A stretch of DNA of 64,000 nt from a virus. Lineage: Duplodnaviria > Caudoviricetes. The translations under genes were made by a program, and so were the position numbers. The notes beneath the pieces are model-generated. The model ran no database searches. It saw only the letters and a list, made by a program, of their open reading frames with translations, and had not been told where the DNA came from. The stretch is taken from the IMG/VR virus record IMGVR_UViG_3300028591_000095, positions 32,001-96,000 of that record. One strand, written 5' to 3'. Positions 19,432-29,385 of the stretch are shown here, piece after piece (position 1 is the stretch's first letter; each line of letters starts with the position of its first letter).

Positions 19432-22029
19432 TTATATTTTCTCGATCTGCCAGATTCTGGAAGATTTATTGATTGGACGGATTCTAAGTATCTTTGTAAG
19501 AAGATCTGAAAGCTGTCGTTGACCATCAACCAGATACTGACGTGAATGAGGAACTATATAACGATCATCATTTGTATCGATTACCGTCAGATAGAAATCA
19601 ATGAGTTCCAATTTAGAGCATACATAACCTGCCAACATAGCCTGATCATTTGAATCCTTTATAGCATTCATTTCAACCGTTACATATGAAGCTATTCCAC
19701 GAACATCAATTGCTTTGAGTTTCTTAGGTCTCTTCAACATAAAACCTTCATGAATTGGACTGAGTAAAGGATTATGATTGTCATCTGGAGCCGCATTCAA
19801 ATCATCCGGAACAACTTCTTTCACCTTTGCAGATTCAGTAATCTTTTTAGTAAAAGATTTATCATCCTTTATTGGTTCTGGTAATTTATAACCAAGCTCT
19901 TCATCGTCAGTTTGTTCTGTTTGCATTTCAGGACCTGATGAGAACATTGGTGCTGGAGTTGTTGTGTCTTCTTCCATAGTTGTATTGACATTGTCACCAT
20001 TAGAAGGCATCTTACTCAACTCAGCTGTATTGGATTCTTCATCAGCTTTATAATCAACATCTGAAGAATCATGATTAGCAGTGTCGTCGATCTCAAGGAA
20101 ATGTGTAAGACTGAGGGGCTTACGAGTTTTATACTCTGGAACAGGTTTAGCAGATTCGGTTACATATTCCTTTATCATACCATTATTCCTGTCTCTGATA
20201 TTCTTGATACGAATTTCGTGTTCTTTTGCTACAGCTTTATCAAAGTCTTGGAATAACTTGATAGCTTTATCGAAACTTTTCAACATGCGTTCTTCAAACA
20301 AATCGAGATTAACCTCTCCGGTTATTTCATCTTCAAGCTGTTTAAGTTTATCAATCTTTTCACCAAAGTCATCGATGTACTTTTGCATTTTGTCAAAATA
20401 CTTTTTGTGTATATCTGATGTAGCTCTTAATTTGTCAGCTGCTAATTTAGCTTTGTTTTCAAACTTTGGACCTTTACATAGAACATAGACTGATGAATAT
20501 CTTGATACAATCTTTTTAGTTAATTCATCTGATGATTCGTATTTAGTGGATAATTCTTTTATATGTTCTTTTATTGTCTTTCCGAATAACTTAGTCTTTT
20601 CTCCAGTATGAAGTATCTTGAATATAGCTTTTGTGATACCGACTGATATTTTAAGTAAGCTAACGATCTTGACTGTTTCTATATGTATATACTTAACGTG
20701 AGATTCCAAAAATTTTACAAGACCTTCGCCGTTATCATCTGTGTGTTTTGCTGCATATGCATCTGCGATATATTCTTCTGGATTGTTACCATGAGATGAC
20801 ATTTCCGGACCATATGTACAAACAATCTCACTTGCCTTATCAAATTCGTCTGCCATATCATCTCTATTCAATGATACATAGAAATGACCTTCTTCATGTC
20901 TGATAGAATCAACGAATTTATCTGTATTTCCAAGCAACCTGTTCAACGGAATATGAATTGTTGGCTCAGGTTTTTCAATAAAGCAAAGACCGTGGATATC
21001 ACTCTGCCAAGAGTTTATAGCAACTTTACATTTCAGCTTCTCTCCAGGTTTACCGTTCTTGACAGGAATATCAGTAACAAATGTTTTAGTCTTTGGATCA
21101 TATCCAATCTTTTTCAAAGATTTGAATACACCTTCCTGAACATATTGCAGTTCCTGAAGAATTTCATACTCTTCTTGAGTGAACTGGTATTCCATAGGTT
21201 CATCTGCAAGCATCTCAAGATAGATTGAACATGCTTCCTGAGTGAGTTCATCATCTTCATTATTCTCATCTTCGTCATCGTCATCAGCGACATCAAGATT
21301 GTCTTCAGCCTTAGAAGGTTCATCATCAGAATCTCTTTCATCTTCAGCATCATTATGGTCACCCATTATAGATGTTGCAGAACCCCAGTCGTCATTCCAA
21401 TCGTCATCAGTGATAGAATCTTCTGGAGATATGTCAGCATCTTTGAAACTATTGATCTCATCACGAAGCTGCTGGATATCAGCAGTGAAATCCTTATCAT
21501 AACCAAACTCATGACTATCATTACCAAGATAATCATCAACAACATCCTTTACATCTTTGAATTCTTTACTATCTTTCTTAAGTAAATCATCTATGACGTT
21601 ATTGCCGTTATCTACATCGGTATCAGATACATCAACATCACCATCTTCATCCATGGCACCAATGGTTGAACCAACCATTTCTCTGATCTTATAAGGATTC
21701 TCCAAACCTTTATTTGTCATTGCATCGATTGGCATCTTAGTCTTAACGATGAATCCTGCATACTTATCAACTTCATCAGCATCTTCGAATATTGTACCAG
21801 TTGATATAGCCTTTGTGATATTACTTTCCTGAGTGAAAGTTATATCATTTGGACAGAGAATCTGAACTTCATCTTCCCTGTTCTTATAGATTCTGACATC
21901 CTTTCCCGGATATGTCATCATGTTAATCTTGTTCTTCTCAGGATATATAACATTAGCCATCTCACATACAACGGAATATTGATGAGAATCCATTGCAGCT
22001 TTAATGTATTTCTCAAAAGAACTATTCAT
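19432..22029 (-). CDS. Internal head protein with zincin-like metallopeptidase module
   Basis: Acidic propeptide-like region; several QE/TE|A,S,G sites; IRHEEGH..NPEEYIADAYA zinc-binding pattern. Confidence 0.55.
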   Translation of the reverse strand: MNSSFEKYIKAAMDSHQYSVVCEMANVIYPEKNKINMMTYPGKDVRIYKNREDEVQILCPNDITFTQESNITKAISTGTIFEDADEVDKYAGFIVKTKMPIDAMTNKGLENPYKIREMVGSTIGAMDEDGDVDVSDTDVDNGNNVIDDLLKKDSKEFKDVKDVVDDYLGNDSHEFGYDKDFTADIQQLRDEINSFKDADISPEDSITDDDWNDDWGSATSIMGDHNDAEDERDSDDEPSKAEDNLDVADDDDEDENNEDDELTQEACSIYLEMLADEPMEYQFTQEEYEILQELQYVQEGVFKSLKKIGYDPKTKTFVTDIPVKNGKPGEKLKCKVAINSWQSDIHGLCFIEKPEPTIHIPLNRLLGNTDKFVDSIRHEEGHFYVSLNRDDMADEFDKASEIVCTYGPEMSSHGNNPEEYIADAYAAKHTDDNGEGLVKFLESHVKYIHIETVKIVSLLKISVGITKAIFKILHTGEKTKLFGKTIKEHIKELSTKYESSDELTKKIVSRYSSVYVLCKGPKFENKAKLAADKLRATSDIHKKYFDKMQKYIDDFGEKIDKLKQLEDEITGEVNLDLFEERMLKSFDKAIKLFQDFDKAVAKEHEIRIKNIRDRNNGMIKEYVTESAKPVPEYKTRKPLSLTHFLEIDDTANHDSSDVDYKADEESNTAELSKMPSNGDNVNTTMEEDTTTPAPMFSSGPEMQTEQTDDEELGYKLPEPIKDDKSFTKKITESAKVKEVVPDDLNAAPDDNHNPLLSPIHEGFMLKRPKKLKAIDVRGIASYVTVEMNAIKDSNDQAMLAGYVCSKLELIDFYLTVIDTNDDRYIVPHSRQYLVDGQRQLSDLLTKILRIRPINKSSRIWQIEKI

Positions 22030-22073
22030 TATAGGAACACCCGCTTTCTTAAAATTTATAAAGGAGAATTATT

Positions 22074-22565
22074 ATGACTACAACAGAACTCATTTGCATC
22101 ATAATGTCATCAGTTAGTATCATCATCAATCTGACGATACTTATCAAAACATCGATTGTTCGTAAACAAACACTTGATGATTTCAATGATATAAAATTGT
22201 ATATGTATGAAATCATGCGTCGTGAATCCAATCTATCCTATATGTTTGATGACATGCATGAGAGCGTTGAATCTTTATCATCGGGTTTTGACAATGTCCA
22301 GAAGTCTTTTAACACAGCATTGAATGAAAAGATATGTATGAGACATTATCCATTACCAGATGAGATCCGACAGATTGAAGGTGTAATGGACGACCAGATC
22401 AATCAGATCATCGGACTTACAAAGAAACAACGCATTCCTAACAAAGATATGTATGAGACAATTATTACCAATTTATGTAAAACATTTCCAGATATCGATG
22501 TCGAATACATTGTTACAAAACTCACAGCATATCTTGAAGCTAGTGATATAATAAAACTTGAATAG
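22074..22565 (+). CDS. Hypothetical membrane-anchored coiled-coil protein
   Basis: N-terminal hydrophobic helix LICIIMSSVSIIINLTILI; RBS AAAGGAG. Confidence 0.6.
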   Translation: MTTTELICIIMSSVSIIINLTILIKTSIVRKQTLDDFNDIKLYMYEIMRRESNLSYMFDDMHESVESLSSGFDNVQKSFNTALNEKICMRHYPLPDEIRQIEGVMDDQINQIIGLTKKQRIPNKDMYETIITNLCKTFPDIDVEYIVTKLTAYLEASDIIKLE

Positions 22566-22566
22566 G

Positions 22567-22591
22567 ATAGTCGGGGTTAGTCCCCGACTAT
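22567..22591 (+). terminator. Intrinsic terminator
   Basis: ATAGTCGGGG-TTAGT-CCCCGACTAT followed by a T-rich tract. Confidence 0.75.
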
Positions 22592-22603
22592 TCTTATATT
22601 CTA

Positions 22604-22622
22604 TATATACATTATTTTTATG
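22604..22622 (+). promoter_or_regulatory. Putative early promoter, copy 2
   Basis: TATATACATTATTTTTATG. Confidence 0.65.
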
Positions 22623-22691
22623 AACAACCCAGGTGATAAATTTCATTTCGGTTGTTACTATATAATGATTTCAAAAAAGGAGGAAATCTAA

Positions 22692-23582
22692 ATGTATATC
22701 AAACCTTATCTTATCGAAAAGAATACCAATGGTGACATCGTCTCATTGACAACCAAGAAGGTATTCGATATCGATGTTCACAAAGCCATATTCATGGTTG
22801 ACAATGAACCTGTTGAAATTAGTTCATGGAGATCTCCACAATGGCTTTTCACCAAAGGAATTCTTCTGTATCTGGGTATAAAGAATGAACCTTTACCAGA
22901 TGAAGAAATATCAATGACTATCAAAGCAGCACGTATGAAGTTCGGAAAACATGTCAATGGTATTGGTCATTATTCAGAGTATCCGCACAGATTCAATGAT
23001 GACATGAAAATTGACATCACACTTGGTGAGTTATTCGATGACATGATCAAATGGTATGCTGATAACAATCCCGGCGTTCAGCTTGTAAGACCAATTGAAT
23101 CTATGTCAAAGTATATCGAACCAAACCGTTTCGACGCTCGTCACATAGTAAATGTAAAATCATTCAGTGAATACTTTACTGCTGGTCATCCATACTTCAT
23201 CAAATGGGGTACTCATCCTAAGGCTGCTAAGATGGGTGACAATTGTGGACGTGGTTCATATTGTATGTGCATTAGAGCTAACAGTGGTGGACTTACATTC
23301 ACATATGCAGCTGCAACATATGTAGGAAACTATGTAACTGAATATGCTGATGTATATGTCAAGGATGTATACACATATGGTATGGAGTTCTATGAATGCT
23401 ATAACCACATCCAGTTACTTGATCTTGTCGATCTGATCAAAGCAAACCCATCTAAATACAAGGGTAAGAAGGATTACGATTGGTCTGATAAAGAGAATGA
23501 GTCTTTCGTTCATTACATCACATTGCATGATGACGATGATTGTGACGAAGAATCCGAAGATGCATTCGATGTAAGTGACTAA
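22692..23582 (+). CDS. Early hypothetical protein
   Basis: 296 aa, RBS AAGGAGG. Confidence 0.7.
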   Translation: MYIKPYLIEKNTNGDIVSLTTKKVFDIDVHKAIFMVDNEPVEISSWRSPQWLFTKGILLYLGIKNEPLPDEEISMTIKAARMKFGKHVNGIGHYSEYPHRFNDDMKIDITLGELFDDMIKWYADNNPGVQLVRPIESMSKYIEPNRFDARHIVNVKSFSEYFTAGHPYFIKWGTHPKAAKMGDNCGRGSYCMCIRANSGGLTFTYAAATYVGNYVTEYADVYVKDVYTYGMEFYECYNHIQLLDLVDLIKANPSKYKGKKDYDWSDKENESFVHYITLHDDDDCDEESEDAFDVSD

Positions 23583-23612
23583 TCAACAGACCTATGAAAG
23601 GAGGTGAAGCCA

Positions 23613-23981
23613 ATGAAGGTCGTTATCAAAGATCCCCAGTATAAGAAGCAGGATAAAAGTACCCAACGGTCAATTGATATAGGGATTGAGAAACTCAAGA
23701 AGCGGTTATCAACTTATATAGATCAGGGTAAAACTCTTGAGACAATATTTGGGGACAACGTATTGATCCATGATTGTTATGAGGGTGGATACTACGCATA
23801 CAAATGTCATATCAACAAGATACAGTTGAGATTGTTGTATACGTTGAATAAAGATAAGCTCATCATATTCGCTCACTGGATCAAGAAAGCAAATTACCAA
23901 ACACCGAGCAAGACATACATGAACTATTTCGAGAATGTCTGTTCTGGATTACAGAAAGGAGTGAGAACATGGACTCAATAA
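23613..23981 (+). CDS. RelE/HigB(Gp49)-like fold protein
   Basis: ~120 aa basic protein ending in GYYAYK..IQLRLLY..KLIIFAHWIKK, like the RelE/Gp49 R-L/I-L-Y..H-F-x-K-K pattern; RBS GGAGGTGA. Confidence 0.45.
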   Translation: MKVVIKDPQYKKQDKSTQRSIDIGIEKLKKRLSTYIDQGKTLETIFGDNVLIHDCYEGGYYAYKCHINKIQLRLLYTLNKDKLIIFAHWIKKANYQTPSKTYMNYFENVCSGLQKGVRTWTQ

Positions 23982-24655
23982 CTATTAAAAGGATGGTACC
24001 AAAGTTCGACACAGATGCAATCCGTGTTGATTTACCATATCAAATCACTATGTACGGAAATACATATGTTGGTGTATTCTACATGATAACTGAAGACCGA
24101 CTCGAATTCAAATACTTCGATAAAGATGGAAAGATTAAGTTCATAATAATCCTTCCAACAGTCGATGACATCGAGGTGTTTCCATTCAGAAGTTTATCAA
24201 GTGATGTTAATATCGAACTTCCGGAATTGAAGAAAAATGAGATTCCTGTGGTTTCCAAAGAGGATGTTCCGGTTGAATCTGTTGAACCGGATATGAAATC
24301 ATTCTATATATGTGACATGCGTGTAGGTGAGTACAAATATCATCCATTATTCGTTCGCAACAATGGTGATCTTGTAATAAATTACGATTTCATGGAAAAG
24401 TTGTTATATGATGATAATGTCTTAATTACTATCAGATTAGGTATTAAAGGTCATTCATATGCAACTCATACATTCGAATCAAAAGACGTAAGAATTCATG
24501 TTGGTGGAACTACACTGACGGGAAAAATCCTTGATGAATATCGGAATACAACCACATGTGTTGAAATCAGAGCTGATGATTGGAAACGATTGGAATGGGC
24601 TAATGTATATATTAAAAACAGAAAGGATGTAACGAATGATCGTATTGACAAATAA
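23969..24655 (+). CDS. Early hypothetical protein
   Basis: Coupled ORF with RBS AAAGGAG. Confidence 0.65.
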   Translation: MDSITIKRMVPKFDTDAIRVDLPYQITMYGNTYVGVFYMITEDRLEFKYFDKDGKIKFIIILPTVDDIEVFPFRSLSSDVNIELPELKKNEIPVVSKEDVPVESVEPDMKSFYICDMRVGEYKYHPLFVRNNGDLVINYDFMEKLLYDDNVLITIRLGIKGHSYATHTFESKDVRIHVGGTTLTGKILDEYRNTTTCVEIRADDWKRLEWANVYIKNRKDVTNDRIDK

Positions 24656-25205
24656 ACCTCAGACTGAGGAAAAGTATCAGTATTCGTCAACATTCGTTAG
24701 TGTTTGTGAGGACGCATATGTTATGCGTCTCCACAGCACTAATCCGGATGAAGATGATATTGATGTAATTATGAATGAGGACGAGTTGCAAAAGATGTCA
24801 ACCTGTCCAAAAGGTTGTAAACTTGCATATGAGTTTGCATCAATCATGCAAAGTGGTAACCAAATCTACTCCCTGGAAATTGAATACAATAATGGTGAGT
24901 ATGGAAGTATATACATTGAAGAATGGGATAGATTCAGAGATTTCATCGGTTGGAGTAAAGCAAAACCAAACTGGATGAATACATATTCATACAAAATTCA
25001 TACATACAAGCAGTCATATATAAAGACGAGACCAATAGTATGTGATATTCCATCCGACTGGGAATACTCTAAAACAATATCATATTTATTGGATCTCTTT
25101 AAAGATGATCTTGAGAAACTCAAACCAGAAATAGATGAGAAATACGACCAAATGGAATACGAAGGACAGGAGTTTGAATATACAGTAGGAGGTAATAACA
25201 TATGA
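24636..25205 (+). CDS. Early hypothetical protein
   Basis: Coupled ORF with RBS GAAAGGA. Confidence 0.65.
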   Translation: MIVLTNKPQTEEKYQYSSTFVSVCEDAYVMRLHSTNPDEDDIDVIMNEDELQKMSTCPKGCKLAYEFASIMQSGNQIYSLEIEYNNGEYGSIYIEEWDRFRDFIGWSKAKPNWMNTYSYKIHTYKQSYIKTRPIVCDIPSDWEYSKTISYLLDLFKDDLEKLKPEIDEKYDQMEYEGQEFEYTVGGNNI

Positions 25206-25474
25206 TGGTTAGAGTTCATGTGCTCCTCGATCTGATTAGATCAACATGGGAAAAACAAAACGACAGTAATGAAGGTAGATATAGAATTGATATAATTACA
25301 TGTTCACCGAATGAATATGTCAGTGAACCAGAAGAACATCTCGGAGATCTGATATGTTCATTTGTATCAGATTATAAACCTGAATTGTTTTTGAAGGATA
25401 CTATATTACAAAAATATGTAAAAGAAATCGCAGCAAGAGATAAAAATTATATATTAATAAGAATCGAGGACTAA
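25202..25474 (+). CDS. Early hypothetical protein
   Basis: RBS AGGAGGT; ATGA overlap. Confidence 0.65.
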   Translation: MMVRVHVLLDLIRSTWEKQNDSNEGRYRIDIITCSPNEYVSEPEEHLGDLICSFVSDYKPELFLKDTILQKYVKEIAARDKNYILIRIED

Positions 25475-25476
25475 TA

Positions 25477-26004
25477 ATGAATGCAAATCAAAAAATAGTA
25501 AGTAGTTTTGAATACTCTGGAATGGATCTTGACATGTTCAAACAGCATGCTCTCAACTATCTGAGAAGTGAGATTCAGAAATCTAATTTCACAGTATTCC
25601 AGAGTGATTTCGGTTTCATGAACAACGACACTCCATTCACACTTGTCATTGGTCGTGATAAAGACAATAACTTCGAGATTGTATGGTGGCTTAACGATTG
25701 GGGTACATTCGAAATCGAGACCCCAGTCAAGCACCAGGTCGCGAAGTATTGGAAGCTCAAAACCAAATCCGATCAATTAAATTTACCTGATTGGAAAAAG
25801 CACACCGCCAAATCATTAATCAATAAATACGGATGTTTACCATTAGCGAATACATTCGTATTTCAGCATAAGCAGTTAATTCCTGTAAAGGAGCTTGACT
25901 ATGAGCTCAAGGAATTATTGAAGGAATATGATCTTGGCTTCAACCCAAATGACGCTGGTATTTGGGAAGGTAAGATCGCATGTTTATACAGGGAGGATTT
26001 TTAA
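25477..26004 (+). CDS. Early hypothetical protein (paralog of 26052..26594)
   Basis: Shares FxIETPxKxxVAKxWK and AxxLxxxYxxLP motifs with the next ORF. Confidence 0.65.
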   Translation: MNANQKIVSSFEYSGMDLDMFKQHALNYLRSEIQKSNFTVFQSDFGFMNNDTPFTLVIGRDKDNNFEIVWWLNDWGTFEIETPVKHQVAKYWKLKTKSDQLNLPDWKKHTAKSLINKYGCLPLANTFVFQHKQLIPVKELDYELKELLKEYDLGFNPNDAGIWEGKIACLYREDF

Positions 26005-26051
26005 AATGGAACAGAATTTCATGATCATCGAAATCACAAAAGGACAGCTGG

Positions 26052-26594
26052 GTGATGACAATGGTTGATGATTCAAAACTTATCATCAGAGGATATGACA
26101 TAGAGGCATATTCAGTACCAACGATTGCACACATTATGATATTTGAAATTGCAGATTATGCTAGAACAGAGTTAGAACAAGGCGAGACTGCAATATTCCA
26201 GACCGGAGAACCATTTTATGGTTGGAAGGGTCCGTTAATGATATATGTGACCAACAAAGGTAGAACATTCGACATCAAGTTGATTGTTTCTGAGAAGACC
26301 AAGTTCATTATCGAGACCCCAACAAAAGAACGTGTTGCGAAACGTTGGAAAGTTGATATCCCTGTAAAGCCAAGATATATTAAAGGTAAGAATGCATACG
26401 AGCTCATGTGTTTATATCCTGGACTTCCATATCACAAATTAATGCATTATGTTCCAAGACTCGATATCAAACGAATCGATATTGAAACAGAACTGCATGA
26501 AGTCCTGACCAACGAACTGTATTATGACAAGGACTTCAAACTGGTTTATCCGTGTCATAAAATGGCGATTATATTCAAAGGTAAAATCGATTAA
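26052..26594 (+). CDS. Early hypothetical protein (paralog of 25477..26004)
   Basis: Same shared motifs; exact start uncertain. Confidence 0.6.
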   Translation: MMTMVDDSKLIIRGYDIEAYSVPTIAHIMIFEIADYARTELEQGETAIFQTGEPFYGWKGPLMIYVTNKGRTFDIKLIVSEKTKFIIETPTKERVAKRWKVDIPVKPRYIKGKNAYELMCLYPGLPYHKLMHYVPRLDIKRIDIETELHEVLTNELYYDKDFKLVYPCHKMAIIFKGKID

Positions 26595-26600
26595 ATATAT

Positions 26601-26621
26601 TGGGGTGGTAATCCCACCCCA
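26601..26621 (+). terminator. Hairpin (terminator/attenuator-like)
   Basis: TGGGGTGG-TAATC-CCACCCCA; no U-tract, directly before the next RBS. Confidence 0.4.
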
Positions 26622-26634
26622 GAAAGGAAATACT

Positions 26635-27129
26635 ATGGATTTAATAAAAGTAAAAATAAAAGTATTAACAACCGAGTTATCAGTAGCCGATGTAGATACA
26701 AGATTCTGTACACCATCTCAGTTTGAATTAAATGCTACAAAAGATATTATAACAGATCCTACATGGAGTTGGCATCCGTGTTATAGGGTTGATACATATC
26801 GATCATTACCACATCACCATGAAGAATATACTGTACATTGTACAAAGCTTGGAACGTTGACAAAGATCAAACAGAACTTCCGTACATCAATGGTAGATCC
26901 TGATGCTCCTGTGCTGATGTTAAATGAACTTCAAATCAAGAACTTCATGAAATGGTATGGTGGCACAATAGAGGATAATGAAGGATACATCGTATGGCTG
27001 TCAGATGATGAGGATTTCATCATTGAACGTGTATTCCCTGATAAGTCTTACTCAGCATTCTATCCACTCAGAGTGTCTGGTAAATGGTATCCTGATTATC
27101 AGAAGTATACTACATGGTGGAAGAAATAA
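26635..27129 (+). CDS. Hypothetical protein
   Basis: Start revised to ATG 26635 after RBS GAAAGGA. Confidence 0.6.
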   Translation: MDLIKVKIKVLTTELSVADVDTRFCTPSQFELNATKDIITDPTWSWHPCYRVDTYRSLPHHHEEYTVHCTKLGTLTKIKQNFRTSMVDPDAPVLMLNELQIKNFMKWYGGTIEDNEGYIVWLSDDEDFIIERVFPDKSYSAFYPLRVSGKWYPDYQKYTTWWKK

Positions 27130-27137
27130 AAAGGCTA

Positions 27138-27156
27138 CCCGGGCATAATGCCCGGG
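27138..27156. terminator. Bidirectional terminator
   Basis: CCCGGGCAT-A-ATGCCCGGG between convergent genes. Confidence 0.7.
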
Positions 27157-27213
27157 AAACCTCTTGTTATTACATTGCGCTTTGTTATATATTAATTATT
27201 TTTTTCGCCGTGA

Positions 27214-29313
27214 TTACTTAACGAGACCAGCATTGCTGTCCGGTACGAGTGCAGTATTCTTAGCAATGATTCTTGCATCAACACCCTGAACAGTGATCAT
27301 CTGATACTGTGAAGATGTTGTGATAAGAACTGCCTGTCCGCCAGGTGAGTTGATATCCTGGTAACCTGCATTCTCAGGAGAGTTTGTCAGGTGACGAGCA
27401 AATCTGAGGTGCTTGTGAGTAATGTGGAACTTATCCATCGGATATGCACAGATCTTCCAGAAGTATTCCTTTGACTTCATGCCAGGCTTGTAGTCAGGAT
27501 CACTTGTCTGGTATGCATCGATGAGTGTGTATGCAGGAACACGGTTAGAAGCAACAACACGAATCGGAACTGACTCGTCTGTCATTACACCGAATGCATG
27601 GTTCATCTTTACACCACCGATTTCTGTAGACTGCTGAGTTGTCCATGTAACGAACTTCTCAAGAAGTCTTGCACTCTTCGGGTTGCTGTAGATAACGAAG
27701 CCGAGGTTGTCGAGCTTACCCTTATCGCAGAGCTCATAGATGGTAGAAGCAATTGCATTGTGAAGTGCATTTGTTCTGTACTCGAACGGATCACCAGCGA
27801 ATGAAGGTGAGATGAATGTAGGATCGAAGTCAACATACTCAGTGTGAGTATAGGAATCAAGATTCCAGATGTTGCTGTCAGCACCATCCCACTCAGCGAA
27901 CTCTTCGTCGAGCTTCTCAAGGATGTACTGATCCTCGAACATTTCCTGAGCTGTAACAAGCTCCTGAACGAGTCTGTTGTAGAGGTTGAAGTTGAGTGAA
28001 GCATTAGCCTCAGCAAAGTCTTCAACTGTGAATGGAAGCTGGAATCTGCAGCCATCACCGATTGTCCACTTTCTGATCTCAGGATACTCACGGAAGCCGA
28101 TTGTTCTGAGGTTTGTCTCATTTGAAATATAGCCATTGATGTAGAAGCCCTTGATAGTGCCACATGCAGAAGCATTTACATAGCCCTTAACGAAGTCAAC
28201 AACACCGCTGAGTCTGTCGTCAAATGATGTAGTTACACCAGTAGGCTTGTTTGTTACAGGATCAACAACTGTAAGAACCTGTGTAGCATCGATACCACCG
28301 TTGAGGAATACACCACCGTTCTGGATATCAACCTGGATACCACCGCGAGGAAGTTTGATCTTAGCATTTGTAATAGCAGCTACTTGTGAGTAGTAAGTAT
28401 CAGCAGCCCATGTAGGAGCACTACTACCAGTTACTGCAGAATATGTATCTGTCTGAGAATCGTATGTGTAGTAATCAGTATATTTTGTAGACCAGTCTGC
28501 AGGCTCCTCTGTTGTTACAACATATGAAGCAGGAACATCAGCAACAACGTACTTGACGTGGAAGTCATAGCTGAGTCTTGTTCTGGGAGTCTTCACGAAG
28601 TTTGTAGGATGATTACCGTTCTCATCGAGGAGGTACTGAGCATCGAGAAGCTGGAGCTTCTTACCAGGTGCAGCAGCGATAGCAGCAAGAGTAATAGGAG
28701 TTGTGTCATCCAGACGGAGACCCTTACCTGTATACCAGAGTTTCTTCCAGAGTTCTGTATCAAAGTAAATTCTTGGTGTCTCGTACTCTTCACCAGTCTC
28801 ATTGTTTACGAGGTACTTTGTGAAGATACGCTGCTCGATGTTTGTTGAACCAGCTGTAGCAACAGGAATCAGATCCTTACCGAGGAACTTGATGAACTGC
28901 TTAACGAGTGCCGGGAAGTCGAGAGTTGAGAGAGGAAGATATGTAGATACGTTGTAACTTTCCTGAATGAAGTTGTTAACTGCACCATCCCAAGCTGAAG
29001 AAAGCTCGTCTGCAACAGACTCGAGGTGGAGACGCTCAACTTCACTCTCTGTAGGATAGGTTCTGATCTCGTCACAGATAGGATCGAGGTAAAGAGCCTT
29101 GTACTCCTGCATGATCTCAGGATGATCGAGCATCTTTCTGAAGTCAACAGTTACGTTGATATCATGTGAATCTTTCAAAGTATTTACAGCGGATTCCAGA
29201 TAGTTATCAGCAGTTTCTCTGATAGCTAAAAGATCAGACTCTGTAGCATTATTAATCATAGTCTGCTGTTCCTGGAACCAAGAACCACGAGCGGGTACGC
29301 GTGCGTATGCCAT
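27214..29313 (-). CDS. Major capsid protein precursor
   Basis: ~700 aa with the strongest codon bias in the window. Propeptide ends near FIQE|S and is followed by LPLSTLDFPALVKQF..KDLIPV, like T4 gp23/jumbo-phage MCP N-arms. Same operon as the prohead protease. Start at ATG 29313 by RBS AAGGAG. Confidence 0.75.
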   Translation of the reverse strand: MAYARVPARGSWFQEQQTMINNATESDLLAIRETADNYLESAVNTLKDSHDINVTVDFRKMLDHPEIMQEYKALYLDPICDEIRTYPTESEVERLHLESVADELSSAWDGAVNNFIQESYNVSTYLPLSTLDFPALVKQFIKFLGKDLIPVATAGSTNIEQRIFTKYLVNNETGEEYETPRIYFDTELWKKLWYTGKGLRLDDTTPITLAAIAAAPGKKLQLLDAQYLLDENGNHPTNFVKTPRTRLSYDFHVKYVVADVPASYVVTTEEPADWSTKYTDYYTYDSQTDTYSAVTGSSAPTWAADTYYSQVAAITNAKIKLPRGGIQVDIQNGGVFLNGGIDATQVLTVVDPVTNKPTGVTTSFDDRLSGVVDFVKGYVNASACGTIKGFYINGYISNETNLRTIGFREYPEIRKWTIGDGCRFQLPFTVEDFAEANASLNFNLYNRLVQELVTAQEMFEDQYILEKLDEEFAEWDGADSNIWNLDSYTHTEYVDFDPTFISPSFAGDPFEYRTNALHNAIASTIYELCDKGKLDNLGFVIYSNPKSARLLEKFVTWTTQQSTEIGGVKMNHAFGVMTDESVPIRVVASNRVPAYTLIDAYQTSDPDYKPGMKSKEYFWKICAYPMDKFHITHKHLRFARHLTNSPENAGYQDINSPGGQAVLITTSSQYQMITVQGVDARIIAKNTALVPDSNAGLVK

Positions 29314-29385
29314 AATTAAATACACTCCTTATTGTAAATTTGGTGATTTTTTATACTCACCATAGTATTTGTAGTTAGAAAGCAA

